Assembly: GCA_964250365.1 (NCBI GenBank)
Contig: CAXUGH010000006.1
Coordinates: 2,157 to 49,899 of the forward strand
Origin: an uncultured Ktedonobacteraceae bacterium
GTDB taxonomy: Bacteria > Chloroflexota > Ktedonobacteria > Ktedonobacterales > Ktedonobacteraceae
DNA: 47,743 bases
Direction of reading: 5' to 3'
Shown here piece after piece: positions 44,655 to 47,743 of the stretch (within the stretch, counting starts at the first letter, position 1; each line of letters begins with the position of its first letter). The notes below the pieces were generated by a model. That model had not been told where the DNA came from and ran no database searches. It worked only from the letters and a program-made list of their open reading frames with translations. The position numbers were made by a program, and so were the translations under genes.

Positions 44655-45368
44655 ATGATGATGATAGATACTTTGATGGCTCTATGGAATCAAGATCGCA
44701 GAAAAAGAGCGACGCAAGTTATGCTTGTTTTTTTTCTTCTGTGCATCAGTATATCCGTACTTTTTGTTCTATTAAAGCCAGCGCAATCGCAACACCAAAA
44801 CCAGAAAGCGGCTGTCAGCACCGCTACCGTACCCTCATTCGGTAACACAGTCGTACCTAATCTCACACCGACGATGAGCGTTGTCGTCGGCACACAACCA
44901 ACACCGATACCAACAACGCAGCCGACGCCTGCACCAACAACGCAAACGCCCTGCTCTACAACGCCTTCGGGCGCAGCCAGCAATGGACTTAGTGCTTACA
45001 CGAGTCTTCAACAAGGGCAATCTCCAACAACACCTACGGCTACGACAACGCCTAACAGTACAGGCACGCCCTATGTACCCAGGAAACATAATGATGGCGG
45101 CGGGGGTGGTGGTCCATTACCAGGAGTAACGCCAACATTCTCTGTTCCTACAACGCCCCCTTCCCAAAGCACCGCTACTCCTGGCACACAACCAGGAGGT
45201 AACGGTGGGGGATCGAATTGTGCCACGAGCAATAGTATTCTCAATGGTGTGAGACAAAATGTTTTCGCAACAATCGCTGAGAACATCTGGTTTATTCTAG
45301 GTGGCTCACTGCTCTGTACCATTCTCTTCTACGCAGCAATCTTCGCAGTGAAACGACGTGTCTTGTAA
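44655..45368 (+). CDS. Hypothetical bitopic Pro/Thr/Gly-rich low-complexity membrane protein
   Basis: N-terminal TM (VMLVFFLLCISISVLFVLL) and C-terminal TM (IWFILGGSLLCTILFYAAIFAV). The middle is a PT-rich region with a GGGGGG run. Confidence 0.55.
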   Translation: MMMIDTLMALWNQDRRKRATQVMLVFFLLCISISVLFVLLKPAQSQHQNQKAAVSTATVPSFGNTVVPNLTPTMSVVVGTQPTPIPTTQPTPAPTTQTPCSTTPSGAASNGLSAYTSLQQGQSPTTPTATTTPNSTGTPYVPRKHNDGGGGGGPLPGVTPTFSVPTTPPSQSTATPGTQPGGNGGGSNCATSNSILNGVRQNVFATIAENIWFILGGSLLCTILFYAAIFAVKRRVL

Positions 45369-45430
45369 AGAATTTCCTCATAAAAATGCTCCCAACTGCA
45401 GTTGGGAGCATTTTTATGAGGAAATTCTTT
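45367..45430. terminator. Perfect 64-bp palindrome spanning stop to stop between convergent genes
   Basis: AAAGAATTTCCTCATAAAAATGCTCCCAAC-TGCA-GTTGGGAGCATTTTTATGAGGAAATTCTTT has 30-bp arms. It overlaps TAA 45366-45368 (+ gene) and TAA 45429-45431 (- gene). Confidence 0.7.
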
Positions 45431-46280
45431 ATACAACTTTTCCAAGTGCCAGTACTGTACCTTTAGGTGCATTTAGCGTTGCCTTTGGACCACTTTCGAG
45501 GCTCACGGCAACGGCATCATTTCCTTTTACATCACCTACAATATTGACAGTAGCGGAACCATCGGATTGCATATTGAGTAGACCAACACTCTTTGTCTGC
45601 TTCCCCAGAATCTCCCAGCCCTGATACACCTGCTGGTTTTGCAGAGTGGGAAGGCCACGCAGAGTCATGATAGTAACATCGATTCCTCTACCAAAGTAGT
45701 GTACTGCCTCACCCGTTACATTAGGCGCGGCAGGCGTACCCTTGATGGCATATGTTGTTACCGCAACAGCGTTAGCTTGAGCTGAGGAGAGTTGAGTATT
45801 CAAGCCGGAGACCTGCGATTGCAACCCTGTCACCTGACGCTGTAAAGAGGCGTTCCACGTAAAGAGGCCACCTGAAAGTAGTAGCAAAAGCACAGCGGCA
45901 GCAGCAAGCAAAGGCATAGCCCAACGCGCTGCCGAACGACGACGCACTGGTGCTATCGGTCGCTCTGGCTCCTGCGGTCTTACTGACAATAAACGCGGTG
46001 CCGCTCGTGGAGAACGTACCGCTGGTATGTTGAGTGTGTCGTCTGAAGACTCAGAGACAACGGCTTGTACTGCGGACAAGACGCGTCTTTTCAGTTGAGG
46101 CGGGGGATTTACCTGCGACACGGAAAGCGGCAACAAATCCATTGTTGCACGTAGTTCTTTTATTAATTGTATACAATGAGGGCACGAATCGAGATGAGCC
46201 TCGATTTCCTCGCGCTCTTCGGGCGTCACGGCATCAAGCACATAGGCACCCGCAAGCTCTTCGATTTCCGCACAGGTCAT
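45429..46280 (-). CDS. Anti-sigma factor (zf-HC2 N-domain, single TM, RskA-like C-domain)
   Basis: LAGAYVLDAVTPEEREEIEAHLDSCPHCIQLIKEL (HxxxCxxC zinc motif), TM WAMPLLAAAAVLLLLLSGGLF, and a C-terminus with VYQGWEI...AVSLE typical of RskA-type domains. Confidence 0.85.
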   Translation of the reverse strand: MTCAEIEELAGAYVLDAVTPEEREEIEAHLDSCPHCIQLIKELRATMDLLPLSVSQVNPPPQLKRRVLSAVQAVVSESSDDTLNIPAVRSPRAAPRLLSVRPQEPERPIAPVRRRSAARWAMPLLAAAAVLLLLLSGGLFTWNASLQRQVTGLQSQVSGLNTQLSSAQANAVAVTTYAIKGTPAAPNVTGEAVHYFGRGIDVTIMTLRGLPTLQNQQVYQGWEILGKQTKSVGLLNMQSDGSATVNIVGDVKGNDAVAVSLESGPKATLNAPKGTVLALGKVV

Positions 46281-46575
46281 AGTGGACGCTCCATTCTGTC
46301 TTCTTGACCTCTACTACGCCGCATTGCTGAGAATGGATTACTTTTTCTCATCAGTATTTTAAGACTCACAAATATACACAAGATATCAATATATCACTTC
46401 TTTACTATCCTACGTATAACTACGCTATTTTGTTCTCTATCCTAACACATGTGGGAAGATAGTTCACATACATGATATTTTTCGTAGGGACCCGATTTTG
46501 CTCTTTAAGAATTAAAAATGGTAACATTGCCCTTGATTGGTGCCATACGAAAATTTATGTTAGGAGTATACATCC

Positions 46576-47676
46576 ATGACTCGTACACGATTGCGCGACC
46601 TCGGATTTACAATTGGACATCTTCCAACAGGACATTACAATGCTATTACCGATGTACCAGGAGTACTCGTAGGGCAGCACACTGTTATTGCTGATAGTCC
46701 GTCAGTGGCGCGTACAGGAGTGACGATGATCGTGCCGCGCGATGGAGCAATCTGGAGCAATAACGCCTTTGCAGGTGCCTTCTCTTTCAACGGCTGTGGC
46801 GAAATGACGGGCATTCACTGGGTAGAGGAGTCTGGCTTACTACATACTCCTATCGGCATCACAAATACAAATGCAGTTGGCGTAGTACGCGATACCATCG
46901 CAGCCTATCCAACCGAACAGGCAAAACAGGGTCTGCTTGTATCCTCAATTGCCAGTAGTTGGGATGGCACTCTTCCCATTGCCGCCGAGACTTGGGATGG
47001 CTGGCTTAATGATATTGCAGCATTTCCCATCACACAAGCACATGCCTATACAGCATTGACCAGTGCAAAAAGCGGTGCAGTCGAGGAGGGAAACGTTGGC
47101 GGGGGCACGGGCATGATTTGCCACGAGTTCAAAGGCGGCATCGGCACATCGTCGCGCATTGTCAACGTATTTGGGAACAATTATACCGTTGGTGTGCTGG
47201 TACAAACAAACTACGGCACACGCTCGTTGTTGCGCGTCGATGGTGTGCCCGTTGGACGCGAGCTAGGGTTTGATGTCGTGCCGAGTCCGTGGCTAGAAAA
47301 AGTGGGCGATGGCTCGATTATCGTCGTCATCGCCACCGACGCGCCACTGCTACCCATACAATGCAAACGCCTTGCGAAACGCGCGACGGTCGGGCTAGCT
47401 CGTGTAGGCGGCATAGGCACCAACGGTAGCGGCGATATCTTTCTTGCCTTTGCCACTGGAAATTCTCTGCCTGTTCCTGCCACCACGCCCTATACGCTCA
47501 CAATGTTGCCGCATGACGCCCTTGATATCTTCTTCGAGGCTACCGCCGAAGCGGTCGAGGAGTCTATTTTGAACGCATTGACGGCTGCCGAGACGATGAT
47601 TGGCTGGAAAGGGAGAACAGCATACGCATTGCCATTGGATGAGTTGCAACGTATCATGAAAAAATACGGACATTAG
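46576..47676 (+). CDS. P1/S58 family peptidase (DmpA-type aminopeptidase)
   Basis: GHLPTGHYNAITDVPGVLVGQHT, GNVGGGTGMICHEFKGGIGTSSR and VVIATDAPL are hallmarks of the DmpA/P1 Ntn-hydrolase family. Confidence 0.9.
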   Translation: MTRTRLRDLGFTIGHLPTGHYNAITDVPGVLVGQHTVIADSPSVARTGVTMIVPRDGAIWSNNAFAGAFSFNGCGEMTGIHWVEESGLLHTPIGITNTNAVGVVRDTIAAYPTEQAKQGLLVSSIASSWDGTLPIAAETWDGWLNDIAAFPITQAHAYTALTSAKSGAVEEGNVGGGTGMICHEFKGGIGTSSRIVNVFGNNYTVGVLVQTNYGTRSLLRVDGVPVGRELGFDVVPSPWLEKVGDGSIIVVIATDAPLLPIQCKRLAKRATVGLARVGGIGTNGSGDIFLAFATGNSLPVPATTPYTLTMLPHDALDIFFEATAEAVEESILNALTAAETMIGWKGRTAYALPLDELQRIMKKYGH

Positions 47677-47692
47677 AGAAGGGAAAAAAGAG

Positions 47693-47743
47693 ATGACTAA
47701 ATCAGCATTGATTGTATGGGGCGGCTGGGAAGGCCACGAACCA
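47693..47743 (+). CDS. 5' end of an unidentified CDS running off the window
   Basis: ATG 47693 follows a purine-rich GAAGGGAAAAAAGAG. Only 17 codons are visible (MTKSALIVWGGWEGHEP), too short to assign. Confidence 0.35.
   Translation, partial: MTKSALIVWGGWEGHEP

Overview
The window holds about 40 genes and no rRNA, tRNA, CRISPR array, transposase or integrase that I could see. The protein families and roughly 45-55% GC suggest a Chloroflexota (Ktedonobacteria-like) genome, but that is a weak guess. All family calls come from hand-read motifs, not searches. From left to right: (1) A secreted GH5-like hydrolase and a GlsB/YeaQ/YmgE membrane protein. (2) A very large surface-polysaccharide locus. 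Nineteen co-directional, tightly packed minus-strand genes span 5295-30788, joined by a divergent acetyltransferase (31209-31805) and a convergent pair (2606-5226). The locus encodes a Wzx flippase, a Wzy-like polymerase, a Wzc-like tyrosine kinase, a CpsB phosphatase, a DUF4012 protein, a priming phosphoglycosyl transferase and four GT-B glycosyltransferases. It also carries a complete WbpA/B/E/D/I-like set for a UDP-2,3-diacetamido-2,3-dideoxy-hexuronic acid, two glucuronyl C5-epimerase-like domains (one fused to a GT4), an ATP-grasp ligase, a NodB deacetylase, a flavoenzyme, and two paralogous dimethylformamidase-beta-like ectoproteins. (3) An 8-gene minus-strand accessory island at 32011-39223, which is the best candidate for an undescribed conflict or defence system. 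It comprises an unknown helical protein coupled to a double-length QueC-like PP-loop ATPase, a fused XRE-HTH/ImmA-like protein with HDxxH in place of HExxH, a PIN-like protein, a GHKL (RsbW-like) ATPase, a STAS-like plus winged-helix protein, a TPR-like protein and a 2-TM protein. (4) A higher-GC right arm with an MFS transporter, a TgpA-like transglutaminase, a double PH-like protein, a Pro/Thr-rich membrane protein, an orphan RskA-like anti-sigma factor and a DmpA/P1 peptidase. Non-genic structure includes a 72-nt double-hairpin repeat present twice (once inserted in frame in a CDS) and long perfect palindromes that run from stop codon to stop codon between genes.
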